64,000 bases of DNA from Minisyncoccota bacterium. Its GTDB lineage: Bacteria > Patescibacteriota > Minisyncoccia > Phycocordibacterales > UBA6065. Under the pieces are notes generated by a model. It had not been told where the DNA came from. It searched no databases and saw only the letters and a list, made by a program, of their open reading frames with translations. The stretch's first letter is position 1. Each line of letters starts with the position of its first letter. The translations under genes and the position numbers were made by a program. The stretch is from positions 1,323 to 65,322 of the forward strand of contig DASZXC010000014.1 of assembly GCA_035546035.1 (NCBI GenBank), in the 5' to 3' direction. Below are positions 1-9,028 of the stretch, in pieces.

Positions 1-2
1 GA

Positions 3-3000
3 GGCCTGATCTATGTAAAAGCGACCGGTCAGTTCGGAGTAGGCACTTCGACGCCGTTCGGCGCCCTCCAGGTCGCGACTTCGACGAGGCCGCAGATCGT
101 CATCTCTGACCCGACTGCGGGCGTCGATCAGAAGCATTTCTACGCGTCCTCTTCTCAGGGAGCTTTCACCATAGGAGAGGCGAACGATAGCCTTACGACG
201 CTCACGCCCCGCTTGACCATAGACAATGCGGGCAATGTCGGCATCGGTTCGACGAGCCCTGTCGCGACCCTCTCGGTGTCGAGCTCTAACGCCCTTGCCG
301 CTGCCGTCATAGACCAGACCAGCAATGGATCGCTCCTTGCGCTCCGCGCTTCAGGCGTCGACAAATTCGTCGTCGGCAACAATGGCGGGGTCACCATATC
401 GGCAACGACGAACGATATCGTAAAGACGTCTACATCCAAGGGGACGGCGTCGGATTTCACCTTCGATCCGACGGCTATCCTTAACAACGTTACGTCCAAG
501 AACGATACTATCGACCTTAATGACAGCACCTCGACGAATGCCGTTACGAGCGGCGTCGGTTCGGGTATGTTCACCGCATCGGCGACGACGACCCCGACGG
601 CTATGGGAGCGGGCGGCGAAGTCATACTCCGTGACGATGGCCAGTACGTCGTTATCCACGGCGGCGGAACCGCGGTATCAGTCTGGGACGGCTATTCGAG
701 CACGATGACTCCGCTCGGCACCACGCTTACCGCCAATGCCGGAGCCGGATCGATCGCGCTCCATCGCCCTGACGGCCGCTACCTTGTTATCCATGCCGGC
801 GGCGTTAACACGACTACGCTCATCGATCCGTACGGCCGCATCCAGGCGATGCCCGGACCGACCGTCACCGGATGCTCCGCTCCGAACACGGGCACGAACG
901 CTTTCCAGCGCCCTGACGGCAAATATTTCGTCATGTGCGGAGGCTCGGTGAACACCTCCGTATACGACCCGACGGCGAATACTTTTACTTCTGGTCCCGT
1001 GCTCACGACCGATACGTTCGGCGCGGGCGCGCACTCCATCCAGCGCGATAACGGCACGTTCCTCGTCATCGTGGGAGGCGGAACGGCGAACTATCTCTAT
1101 AATCCGAACTTGGGAACTACGGGAGCATTCACGGTTAAGAACCCTATATCCGGTTTCCCGGCGGTCGCTGCGGGCGCGTTCTCGATACGAAAGGGCGACG
1201 GACGGTTTATCCTGTTGCCGGGCGCTATAAGCACCGCATATATCTATGATCCTGCAGAGACCGCATCGACGACCAATGCCGCTGCAGGAACCATATCGTC
1301 CCTCGGCACCGGACCGACCGTCGCGCTCAAGGACGGCGCGCAGGCTATATGGAGGACGGGCGGAACATACCTTCTCCTGATCGGATCCACCTCCGGCGTG
1401 ACGAACATCATCGATCCTACCGCCTCGATCGGAAGCATGTTCACGGCAGGACAGAGTCTTCCAGCGGGCGGAACCTTGAACGTAGGCGCCACGGCGTTCA
1501 TAAGGCCTAACGGCCACTATGCGATCGTAGGCGCCGGCGCGTCAGCATCGGCCGTCACGGACTATGACTTCGGCTATGTCATCGGCGGAACCGGCTCGTC
1601 GCCGGAACTTTCGGCGAGCTATGAAACCGAATGTATGTCGGCGCCGGGCCTTAACACCCAATCTACCCTGACGTGGCATACGGCGAACGAAGGAACCTAT
1701 ACGTTCATGGTCAAAACGGGCACGGGATCGTGCTCCGGCACGTACCATACGGTCGAGTCTAGCGGTGACCCCGTGCGTCCTGATAACACCACTGACAATC
1801 GCGTTCAGGTCAAGGTGTATCTGCAGCGCGACCTGCCGAAATTCAACGACCAGGAGTGGAATATCCGAAAGACGGGCCAGACGCGATATAGCAGGAACAC
1901 CATAGATCCTACGATCTACGATTTCACTATCAATAACGGAGCGCTCTATAAGAAGAGCTTCATCGATTTCGCAAGCAATTCGTTCTCGACGAGCTCTGCT
2001 ACCTCGACGATACCGATAACGGTCAATCTACAGGTAAAGACGGATGGCATCGGGCTAGCCTATTCTCAAGTCTCGAATCCTGAATATAACGGAACCGTGA
2101 ACGCAACAGATGCGGCGAATTTCAATGCGGCGTTCGCGACTTCGACACCTCTCCTCTACGGAATCTCGTCTTCTACCCTCGTTATGAAGCGCCCTGACGG
2201 CACATTTGTGATCATCGCGGGCTCTTCGACACCGTCTTCCATAGTGCCGGCCCAGCTCTATAATCCTGCGACCAAGGCTATAACCAGCTTGGGAACCGGT
2301 CCGACTACAAACATAGGTCTCGGTGCTCTTGCAGTAAAGCGCCCTGACGGCAAGTTCCTCATTGTCATAGGCAACTCGACTGGTAACAGCACGGCCGGGA
2401 CAGGAACCACGACGACGAACATATATGATCCCGTGACGAATACGTTCACGTATGGCCCGCCTCTTACTGGCAATGCTGGCCGCGGCGCGCTCGTCATACC
2501 TTTGCCGACGGGCAAATATCTTATCGTTCACGGAAGCTTTACCACGGGCACCTCGATCTATGACCCGCTTCAGAACAGCACTATCCAAGGTCCCGTGACC
2601 CAGAACGTCGTCGGCGGAGGATCTATGGCACTTTCGCGCCCTGACGGGACCTATCTCCTCATTCCAGGTACGACGAACGAGACCTGTACCCCGACTACGG
2701 CGACGAACCTCTTCGACCCTAATCAGATGCAGTTCCGCGCGAACCCTAACATCACTGTAGTGACCGGTACGGGTCCGGGCGCGACGGCCATTCAGAGGGG
2801 CGATGGCATGTGGCTCATCATAAAGGGCGGCGCCACGGCCTCTACGTGCGCGTTCATATCGACCACTAACATATATAATCCGATCACGAACCGCATGATC
2901 GTCGGGCCGACGCTCGCCGCGACCCTGCCAACAGGAGGATTGAAGCCCGAAGGAACGTTCGCTATTCCGATGACCCAGGACGGATCATGGCTCGTCATGA

Positions 3001-5402
3001 TCGGCTCGGCCTCTACGACCAAGTCGCAGATATATGTCGAAAAGGCCGGCGTCGAGCAGGGAGTGACCGAAGATCTGCCTACGGGTGGAGCGCAGGGTAT
3101 CTTCTATCCGACGACGGGAAATGGCCCGAGCGCGATCGCGACCTCCACTTTGCTTACTACGCCGGGAGGCTTCGGCCAGTATCTCGGCGTAGGACCGGGC
3201 GCCATCGCATTCCAGCGTCCCGACGGCAAGTTCCTTCTTATAGACGGTTCGGCATCCACGACCGCCTCATCTACGGTCACGCACGAAGTCGATACGGGAT
3301 GGGTATCGAGCGGTCTCTATAAGACCGAACAGATGCTCATTTCGGACCTCGATTCGAGTTCCGTCCTCAGTTGGAAGATAAGCCCGAGCTATGCCGGAGT
3401 CTCGGCGGAAGTAAAGACCGCAGCCACCCAGACCGATCTTCAGGACGCGCCGACAAGGTCGATAGACAAGCCGGGCGAAAAGATCAATCCGGGCATAGGC
3501 GAGAAGTGGATACAGGTAACGTTTAATTTCAAGCGCGATTTCCCTTCATATACAGGCGTCTATCAGGATGTCTGGTATAACGGCTCGACCCCTGTATCCA
3601 CCCAGCGAACGGTCACCCAACCCGTCTTGAGCGAGATCGCAGTCACCAAGGATATAGATTTCCTTAACCTCCAGGCCGACGGCGCTACGATGCTCCGCAT
3701 CACGTCGAATGGCAACATATACAGCGCCGACGGGGCGACTATAAATACCTCGGGCGCCGACCTCGCCGAGCGATATACGTCGCAGGTCCCTCTGGAGAAC
3801 GGCACCGTTGTGGCTATCGATCCGCAGAACAATCACGGCGTTATGCCGACGACGTACCAGTATCAGCCTGACGCTCTCGGCGTCGTGTCCACCGATCCGG
3901 GCTTTGTTGCCGGCGCGTATACCAAAGACTCGTATCCGATCGCTCTCATAGGCCGCGTGCCGGTCAAAGTGTCGACCGAGAACGGCATCATTCGTACGGG
4001 TGACAAGCTTACGCCTTCGAGCGTTCCCGGATATGCCATGAAGGCGACTCTTGCCGGCCATGTCATCGGTCACGCGCTCGAATCCTTCGATCCGTCAAAG
4101 GCCCAGGATTGTCCTGCGGGTGGTACGGCGGCGAATCGTCAGTGCGGCACGATCATGATGTTCGTGAATCTCGTCGACTATCTCGGCGCATCCATAGACG
4201 ATGCCATCGCCCTGAACGGCGTCGTCCCTGGAAACTCTATCGCGATCGCTGACGGGGAAGCTACCGATACGGAAGACATGGCCGCCGATGCGACGACTAC
4301 CTCGGCGCGATCGAGCGCCTCGCGCAGCCAGCAGATACTCGCGTACCTCGACGGCCTCAAGATGTCGCGCGCAGACCAGGCCGCGGCTCGTTCGGAATTG
4401 TTCGCCGATAAGATAAGCGCGGTCTCCGAGATCATATCTCCGACCATCACGACCCATCTCATGCACGCTGATTCGATCGAGGGATTGGCCACACTCGCGG
4501 TCGATTCTATAAAAGCAGATACCGTCAAGGCGCGCGATATAGAGGCGGACGCATTCACTGCCCGCGGGCTTAATATATTCAAGACCTCTCTTATTGCCGC
4601 GGTCGCAGGCATAGACGCTTCGTCTACTGACGCCTCGACGACGCTTGGATACGCGTCCACGACGACCCTTTCCGTCATGCTCGACGAGCTCGGCAACGGC
4701 TTCTTCGCGGGAGGCGTCAGCGCGCAGAGCCTCACGGCAGAAGGCCTCTCTGTAGCGACGATCGGGTCCGCTTCGACTACGGTGGACATACTCTCTGACG
4801 CGACGTTCTTCGGCAGGCCGTATTTCACGACCGATACCGGCGGCAGCGCCGTCATCAAGTCAGGCGCCCGGGAAGTTGCCGTCGTCTTCGACCGCGAATA
4901 CATCGAGATGCCGATCGTGAGCGCCACGATCGCCCTTGAGGCCGCATCGTCGAGTCAGGACCTCGGAGACGCGATCTTTGACCAGGACATCCGCTATATC
5001 GTTGCGCGCAAGAGCGCCACGGGCTTCACGATACGCCTCAATAAGCCGGCTCCGGGCGACATAGGATTCAGCTGGATAGCCCTTGCGGTAAAGAACGCCA
5101 AGCTCTTTACATCCCGCGACGAGAGCGCGCCGGTACAAGAGCGGGTTCCGGAGCCGCTACAGGCGGGAGTGTCGGACGACGGGCAGACCGGCATAAGCGG
5201 TTCGACTATTACCGAAGCGCCTCCGCCGATAGACCTCACGACGCCTACGACGACTCCGGCGGCGGAAGGGGCGGGACTCGGTGAGAGTGCCGGAACGACG
5301 ACTGCTTCGACGACCGACGATATTCCTGTTACGCTTCAGCCGAGCGGTGGGCCGCCGCCGACCGATCCCGGCGAGAGCGCCTCATCCTTTCCGCAGCCAT
5401 GA
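3..5402 (+). CDS. Giant surface/adhesin protein, 5'-truncated: GIG(S/T)TxP fibre repeats, two kelch/galactose-oxidase-like 7-blade propellers, Peptidase_G2/S74-like intramolecular chaperone, C-terminal beta domain
   Basis: Frame is open from base 3 (GLIYVKATGQFGVGTSTP...), so the start lies upstream of the window. 14 RPDGxFLIxxG...YDP-type repeats; ADLAERY...GVVST...IALIGRVPVKV...GYAMKA...IGHALE chaperone motif. Confidence 0.8.
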   Translation, partial: GLIYVKATGQFGVGTSTPFGALQVATSTRPQIVISDPTAGVDQKHFYASSSQGAFTIGEANDSLTTLTPRLTIDNAGNVGIGSTSPVATLSVSSSNALAAAVIDQTSNGSLLALRASGVDKFVVGNNGGVTISATTNDIVKTSTSKGTASDFTFDPTAILNNVTSKNDTIDLNDSTSTNAVTSGVGSGMFTASATTTPTAMGAGGEVILRDDGQYVVIHGGGTAVSVWDGYSSTMTPLGTTLTANAGAGSIALHRPDGRYLVIHAGGVNTTTLIDPYGRIQAMPGPTVTGCSAPNTGTNAFQRPDGKYFVMCGGSVNTSVYDPTANTFTSGPVLTTDTFGAGAHSIQRDNGTFLVIVGGGTANYLYNPNLGTTGAFTVKNPISGFPAVAAGAFSIRKGDGRFILLPGAISTAYIYDPAETASTTNAAAGTISSLGTGPTVALKDGAQAIWRTGGTYLLLIGSTSGVTNIIDPTASIGSMFTAGQSLPAGGTLNVGATAFIRPNGHYAIVGAGASASAVTDYDFGYVIGGTGSSPELSASYETECMSAPGLNTQSTLTWHTANEGTYTFMVKTGTGSCSGTYHTVESSGDPVRPDNTTDNRVQVKVYLQRDLPKFNDQEWNIRKTGQTRYSRNTIDPTIYDFTINNGALYKKSFIDFASNSFSTSSATSTIPITVNLQVKTDGIGLAYSQVSNPEYNGTVNATDAANFNAAFATSTPLLYGISSSTLVMKRPDGTFVIIAGSSTPSSIVPAQLYNPATKAITSLGTGPTTNIGLGALAVKRPDGKFLIVIGNSTGNSTAGTGTTTTNIYDPVTNTFTYGPPLTGNAGRGALVIPLPTGKYLIVHGSFTTGTSIYDPLQNSTIQGPVTQNVVGGGSMALSRPDGTYLLIPGTTNETCTPTTATNLFDPNQMQFRANPNITVVTGTGPGATAIQRGDGMWLIIKGGATASTCAFISTTNIYNPITNRMIVGPTLAATLPTGGLKPEGTFAIPMTQDGSWLVMIGSASTTKSQIYVEKAGVEQGVTEDLPTGGAQGIFYPTTGNGPSAIATSTLLTTPGGFGQYLGVGPGAIAFQRPDGKFLLIDGSASTTASSTVTHEVDTGWVSSGLYKTEQMLISDLDSSSVLSWKISPSYAGVSAEVKTAATQTDLQDAPTRSIDKPGEKINPGIGEKWIQVTFNFKRDFPSYTGVYQDVWYNGSTPVSTQRTVTQPVLSEIAVTKDIDFLNLQADGATMLRITSNGNIYSADGATINTSGADLAERYTSQVPLENGTVVAIDPQNNHGVMPTTYQYQPDALGVVSTDPGFVAGAYTKDSYPIALIGRVPVKVSTENGIIRTGDKLTPSSVPGYAMKATLAGHVIGHALESFDPSKAQDCPAGGTAANRQCGTIMMFVNLVDYLGASIDDAIALNGVVPGNSIAIADGEATDTEDMAADATTTSARSSASRSQQILAYLDGLKMSRADQAAARSELFADKISAVSEIISPTITTHLMHADSIEGLATLAVDSIKADTVKARDIEADAFTARGLNIFKTSLIAAVAGIDASSTDASTTLGYASTTTLSVMLDELGNGFFAGGVSAQSLTAEGLSVATIGSASTTVDILSDATFFGRPYFTTDTGGSAVIKSGAREVAVVFDREYIEMPIVSATIALEAASSSQDLGDAIFDQDIRYIVARKSATGFTIRLNKPAPGDIGFSWIALAVKNAKLFTSRDESAPVQERVPEPLQAGVSDDGQTGISGSTITEAPPPIDLTTPTTTPAAEGAGLGESAGTTTASTTDDIPVTLQPSGGPPPTDPGESASSFPQP

Positions 5403-6394
5403 CTCTCCTTAAGAAACCAGCAGCCGTCGTCATATGCCTCGCCGCGCTCGCTCTCGGCTTCGCGGCCGGCAGGTATTCGATCGCTTCCGACGTGGCATCT
5501 CCTGATACCGACGTCATCGAGCGCAATACCAGGTACAGGTTCATCAGCCCTCTCCTCGAATGCGGAGACTACCAGGCGAGCAATCTCATGAACGGCGATG
5601 CGGCGGAGATCACCGAGGAGCTCAATGCATTCATAGAGAGGCAAAAAGCCAAAGACGCCGCCGAAGATGTCGCAGTCTATTTCCGTGACCTCAACAATGG
5701 CCCTTACGTGAACATAAACAGCTCTTATAGATTCGCCCCCGGAAGCCTTCTCAAGGTGCCGACGGCGATCGCCCTCTATAAGCAGGCGGAGAATGACCCT
5801 TCGATCCTTCTGAGACCCGCGACTCTGAAAGAGGGTGACGATAATTTCGATGGCATGCAGAATTTCGTTCCGCCGGAGCATATAGAAAGAGGGAAGGCGT
5901 ATACCCTCGAAGAGCTTGCCCGCTATATGCTTGTCTATTCGGAGAACAATGCCGCATATCTCATCATCAATTCGGTGAATACACCGGCGCTCCTCGCGTC
6001 ATACAGCGATCTGGGCATAGAAGCGCCGTCTCCCGAGGGCTATTCGATCAATGTCCGGGATTTCGGGTCGTTCTTCCGCGTGCTCTATAACGCGTCGTAT
6101 TTGAGCCAAGATGACTCCGAGCGCGTCCTTTCGCTCCTTTCAGAGACGTTCTTTACCGACGGACTCGCGAAAGGCGTCCCGAAAGGCGTCGTCGTGTCGC
6201 ATAAGTTCGGTGAAAGGACTACCGATGACGGTATGCGCGAGCTCCATGATTGCGGCGTCGTGTATAAGCCCGGCCAGCCCTACGTTCTCTGCATAATGAG
6301 TCGCGGAAAGAGCTTTGCGGGCCTCTCTGATACCATCTCCGGCATATCTTCGATCGTGTATGGCACCCTTCTTAAAAACAACCGGTCGTTTTGA
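5399..6394 (+). CDS. Class A beta-lactamase-like serine hydrolase (Beta-lactamase2 family), N-terminal membrane anchor
   Basis: SLLK (SxxK), SEN (SxN) and HKFG (KTG-like) motifs; ATGA overlap with the giant gene. Confidence 0.85.
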   Translation: MTLLKKPAAVVICLAALALGFAAGRYSIASDVASPDTDVIERNTRYRFISPLLECGDYQASNLMNGDAAEITEELNAFIERQKAKDAAEDVAVYFRDLNNGPYVNINSSYRFAPGSLLKVPTAIALYKQAENDPSILLRPATLKEGDDNFDGMQNFVPPEHIERGKAYTLEELARYMLVYSENNAAYLIINSVNTPALLASYSDLGIEAPSPEGYSINVRDFGSFFRVLYNASYLSQDDSERVLSLLSETFFTDGLAKGVPKGVVVSHKFGERTTDDGMRELHDCGVVYKPGQPYVLCIMSRGKSFAGLSDTISGISSIVYGTLLKNNRSF

Positions 6395-6407
6395 TATACT
6401 TCTCATT

Positions 6408-6803
6408 ATGAACACCCTTAAGCAGACGCCTAAACCTGTCCAGATAGCCCTTATTTGCCTCATTGTCATTATCGTCGCCTCTCTCTCTTACGCCGCGCGC
6501 CTTCAGCACAGGGTCGCCGCTCTTGAAAATCCGAATCTCGTCGCCGATGCCGAGATCAAAGGGCTCGTGTCGAAGATCGGCCGATACATCGTGCTTCCCG
6601 CCGACGAGACGCCGACCCTCGCGACGGTATCCGATCCGGCGAGGCTCAAGGATCAGCCTTTCTTCGCCAATGCCGTCGTAGGCGACAAGGTCCTCATATA
6701 TACCAATTCCAGGAAGGCCATTCTCTGGAGGCCGTCTCTCGACAAGATCATAGAGGTCTCTCCCTTGAACGTACCTCCGCCGGCTTCCTCGGGATCGAAA
6801 TAG
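6408..6803 (+). CDS. Conserved hypothetical single-pass membrane protein (CPR-type)
   Basis: N-terminal TM; LPxDExPTLATV..D...QPFF.NA..GDKVLIY...KAIL.RPS motif; TATACT 7 nt before ATG 6408. Confidence 0.75.
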   Translation: MNTLKQTPKPVQIALICLIVIIVASLSYAARLQHRVAALENPNLVADAEIKGLVSKIGRYIVLPADETPTLATVSDPARLKDQPFFANAVVGDKVLIYTNSRKAILWRPSLDKIIEVSPLNVPPPASSGSK

Positions 6804-6813
6804 GATAAAGGCC

Positions 6814-8148
6814 ATGCGCGCTTCTCGAAGCATCGCGGCTCTCAGTCTCCTTATGCTCACGGGCGCCTTTTCCGCCGTCTCGGCTCAGGAATATTCGTCG
6901 GTGAGCTATCGTTCGTCGAATCCTGTCATATTTCCGGCAGGCTACGGCACGTCGCCGTCGTTCGGCCTGTCGGGCGTCGTGTCGCAGGCGGCGATCGGGC
7001 CTTCGGATAGTGCTTCATACGGACTGTTCAGCGGTTTCGAATATTTTCCTCTCGTATCCACGCCGATCGTGGCCGCGACGCCTGACACGGCGGCGGTGAA
7101 CCTGTCCTGGACGGCGTCTGAAGCATCGAACGGATTGAATGTGACGAGCTATTCGGTCGGGCAATCGGTCTCTCCGGGCGGTCCATATACGATGTTTAGC
7201 CTGGGCAACGCGCTCTCTTCCTCCCAGTCGGGGCTCGCTCCGGGCATTCGCTACTACTTCATCATCAAAGTTTTCGACGCCCTCGGCAACCAGATAGCGA
7301 CGTCTACCGAGGTCTCTGCCATTCCTACCGCTCCTTCGACGACGGGCGGAGGGTCGAGCGGAGGCGGCAGTGGAGGTGGTGGCGGGGGCGGCGGAACAGG
7401 ATATACAAGCCCTTCGGGAAGCGGGTCAGGCGTCAATTTTTCGGGCCGGGCATATCCGAAAAGCACCGTCACGATCCTCAAGGACGCAACGGTTATCACG
7501 ACGACGGTCGCCGACGCGACGGCTAATTTCAAGGTGTCGGTCTCGAACCTGGGTCCGGGGAATTACTTTTTCTCCGTCTATAGCGAAGACGATCAGGGCC
7601 GCAGATCGAGCCTTCTCACATTCCCCGCGAGCGTCACGTCGGGCGTGACGACCAATATTGGAGGCATATTCATAACGCCGACGATTGCCCTCGATAAGTC
7701 GGAGGTCAAGCGCGGCGACGACATCGCTATATTTGGTCAGACGGCGCAGAAGGGTAATGTCACCATACAGGTCAATTCGGACCAGACGATGTTCGTGACG
7801 ACGGATTCGGACGCAGGCGGCGTGTATCTGTATAACTTCGATACGACGCCCCTGGAATTGGGCGATCACAGCGCTAAATCTAAGACATCGGTAGGGAATG
7901 AGATCACGGCCTACAGCGCGGCCGTCGGGTTCATCGTAGGCACTCAGAATGTCCTGGCGGCTGCGCCTACCAAGGCCTGCAACGTGCGCGGTAACCTCAA
8001 CGCCGACTGCAAGGTCAACCTCGTCGACTATTCGATCCTCGCATATTGGTTCAAGAGGCCGAACCCTCCGAAGAACGTGGATTTGAACGGCGACGGCAAG
8101 GTGGATCTCATAGACTTCTCGATATTGGCGTATAACTGGACCGGATAA
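6814..8148 (+). CDS. Secreted FnIII/Ig-like protein with C-terminal dockerin type I domain
   Basis: Signal peptide; FnIII motif (LSWTAS...GLAPGIRYYFII); Gly linker; duplicated Ca-binding repeats GNLNADCKVNLVDYSIL and DLNGDGKVDLIDFSIL. Confidence 0.85.
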   Translation: MRASRSIAALSLLMLTGAFSAVSAQEYSSVSYRSSNPVIFPAGYGTSPSFGLSGVVSQAAIGPSDSASYGLFSGFEYFPLVSTPIVAATPDTAAVNLSWTASEASNGLNVTSYSVGQSVSPGGPYTMFSLGNALSSSQSGLAPGIRYYFIIKVFDALGNQIATSTEVSAIPTAPSTTGGGSSGGGSGGGGGGGGTGYTSPSGSGSGVNFSGRAYPKSTVTILKDATVITTTVADATANFKVSVSNLGPGNYFFSVYSEDDQGRRSSLLTFPASVTSGVTTNIGGIFITPTIALDKSEVKRGDDIAIFGQTAQKGNVTIQVNSDQTMFVTTDSDAGGVYLYNFDTTPLELGDHSAKSKTSVGNEITAYSAAVGFIVGTQNVLAAAPTKACNVRGNLNADCKVNLVDYSILAYWFKRPNPPKNVDLNGDGKVDLIDFSILAYNWTG

Positions 8149-8149
8149 T

Positions 8150-9028
8150 ATGAAAAAGATATTTTTCACCGCGATGGTCTTGATATTCGCAGCGCCCGCG
8201 CTTGCGGCCGCCGCGGTCGTATCACTCGACGCGCCTAAAACCGCGACCGTGGGCGAAGAGATCCTCGTCCGAGTCCTTCTCGATACCGAGAAAGACAAAG
8301 CGAATGCCGTCTCCGGATCGATCAGCCTTGATCAAGGCGCGCTTTCCGTGCTCCGCACATACGAAGCACAGTCGGCTATAACCGTCTGGATAGAGAAGCC
8401 GACGATCGTCCCTGCGACGCCGGCCAGACCGACTTTCATAGAATTCTCCGGCATCACTCCAGGCGGTTTCCAAGGCAGATTCGAGCTCTTCTCATTCATC
8501 GCGAGATCTTCGAAGGCGGGCATAGCAATGCTCCGGCCATCAGACTTCATCGTCCTTAAGAACAACGGGGAAGGGACAGCGGTCGCGACCCGTTCGACTC
8601 CCGCATCCGTCACCATTCAGGCCGGTTCGAGCACGGCGACCGTGTTGATCGCCGATGCGGTCTCGCCGGAAGGCTTTGCGCCTGTTGTGGCCTCTTCGAA
8701 AGACCTCTTTGACGGCAAGGCCTTCGTATCGTTCTCGGCTACGGACAAGAATACGGGCATAGATCATTATGAATATGCCGTCTCTCGCTTCTTCGCTCCG
8801 AAACCATCGGCCTACATGGTCGTCACCAGTCCTTTGGAACTCGATCAGGCCTCATATTCCAAGCGGATTTTCATAAAAGCCGTGGATAAGGCGGGTAACG
8901 TCCGGATATCCTCAACCTTCGGCCCGCGCTACTGGGAGAGCCTCTCTCTTTGGGGTATACTTATCCTCATACTGGCACTATGCGCTCTTACGTATATAAG
9001 GCGGCGATCTTCCTCTGTGCGGCGATAG
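8150..9028 (+). CDS. Cohesin-domain protein with C-terminal TM anchor
   Basis: Signal peptide; VGEEILVRVLLDT...NAVSGSI...WIEKP...FSGITPGGF...NNGEGT cohesin-like pattern; C-terminal TM followed by RRR. Confidence 0.75.
   Translation: MKKIFFTAMVLIFAAPALAAAAVVSLDAPKTATVGEEILVRVLLDTEKDKANAVSGSISLDQGALSVLRTYEAQSAITVWIEKPTIVPATPARPTFIEFSGITPGGFQGRFELFSFIARSSKAGIAMLRPSDFIVLKNNGEGTAVATRSTPASVTIQAGSSTATVLIADAVSPEGFAPVVASSKDLFDGKAFVSFSATDKNTGIDHYEYAVSRFFAPKPSAYMVVTSPLELDQASYSKRIFIKAVDKAGNVRISSTFGPRYWESLSLWGILILILALCALTYIRRRSSSVRR

Noticed and set aside
3-5402. Prophage tail gene
   Set aside because: No capsid, terminase, portal or integrase nearby; context is cellular surface proteins.
5399-6394. Antibiotic-resistance beta-lactamase call
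   Set aside because: No ExxLN omega-loop motif visible; family membership alone does not show resistance.
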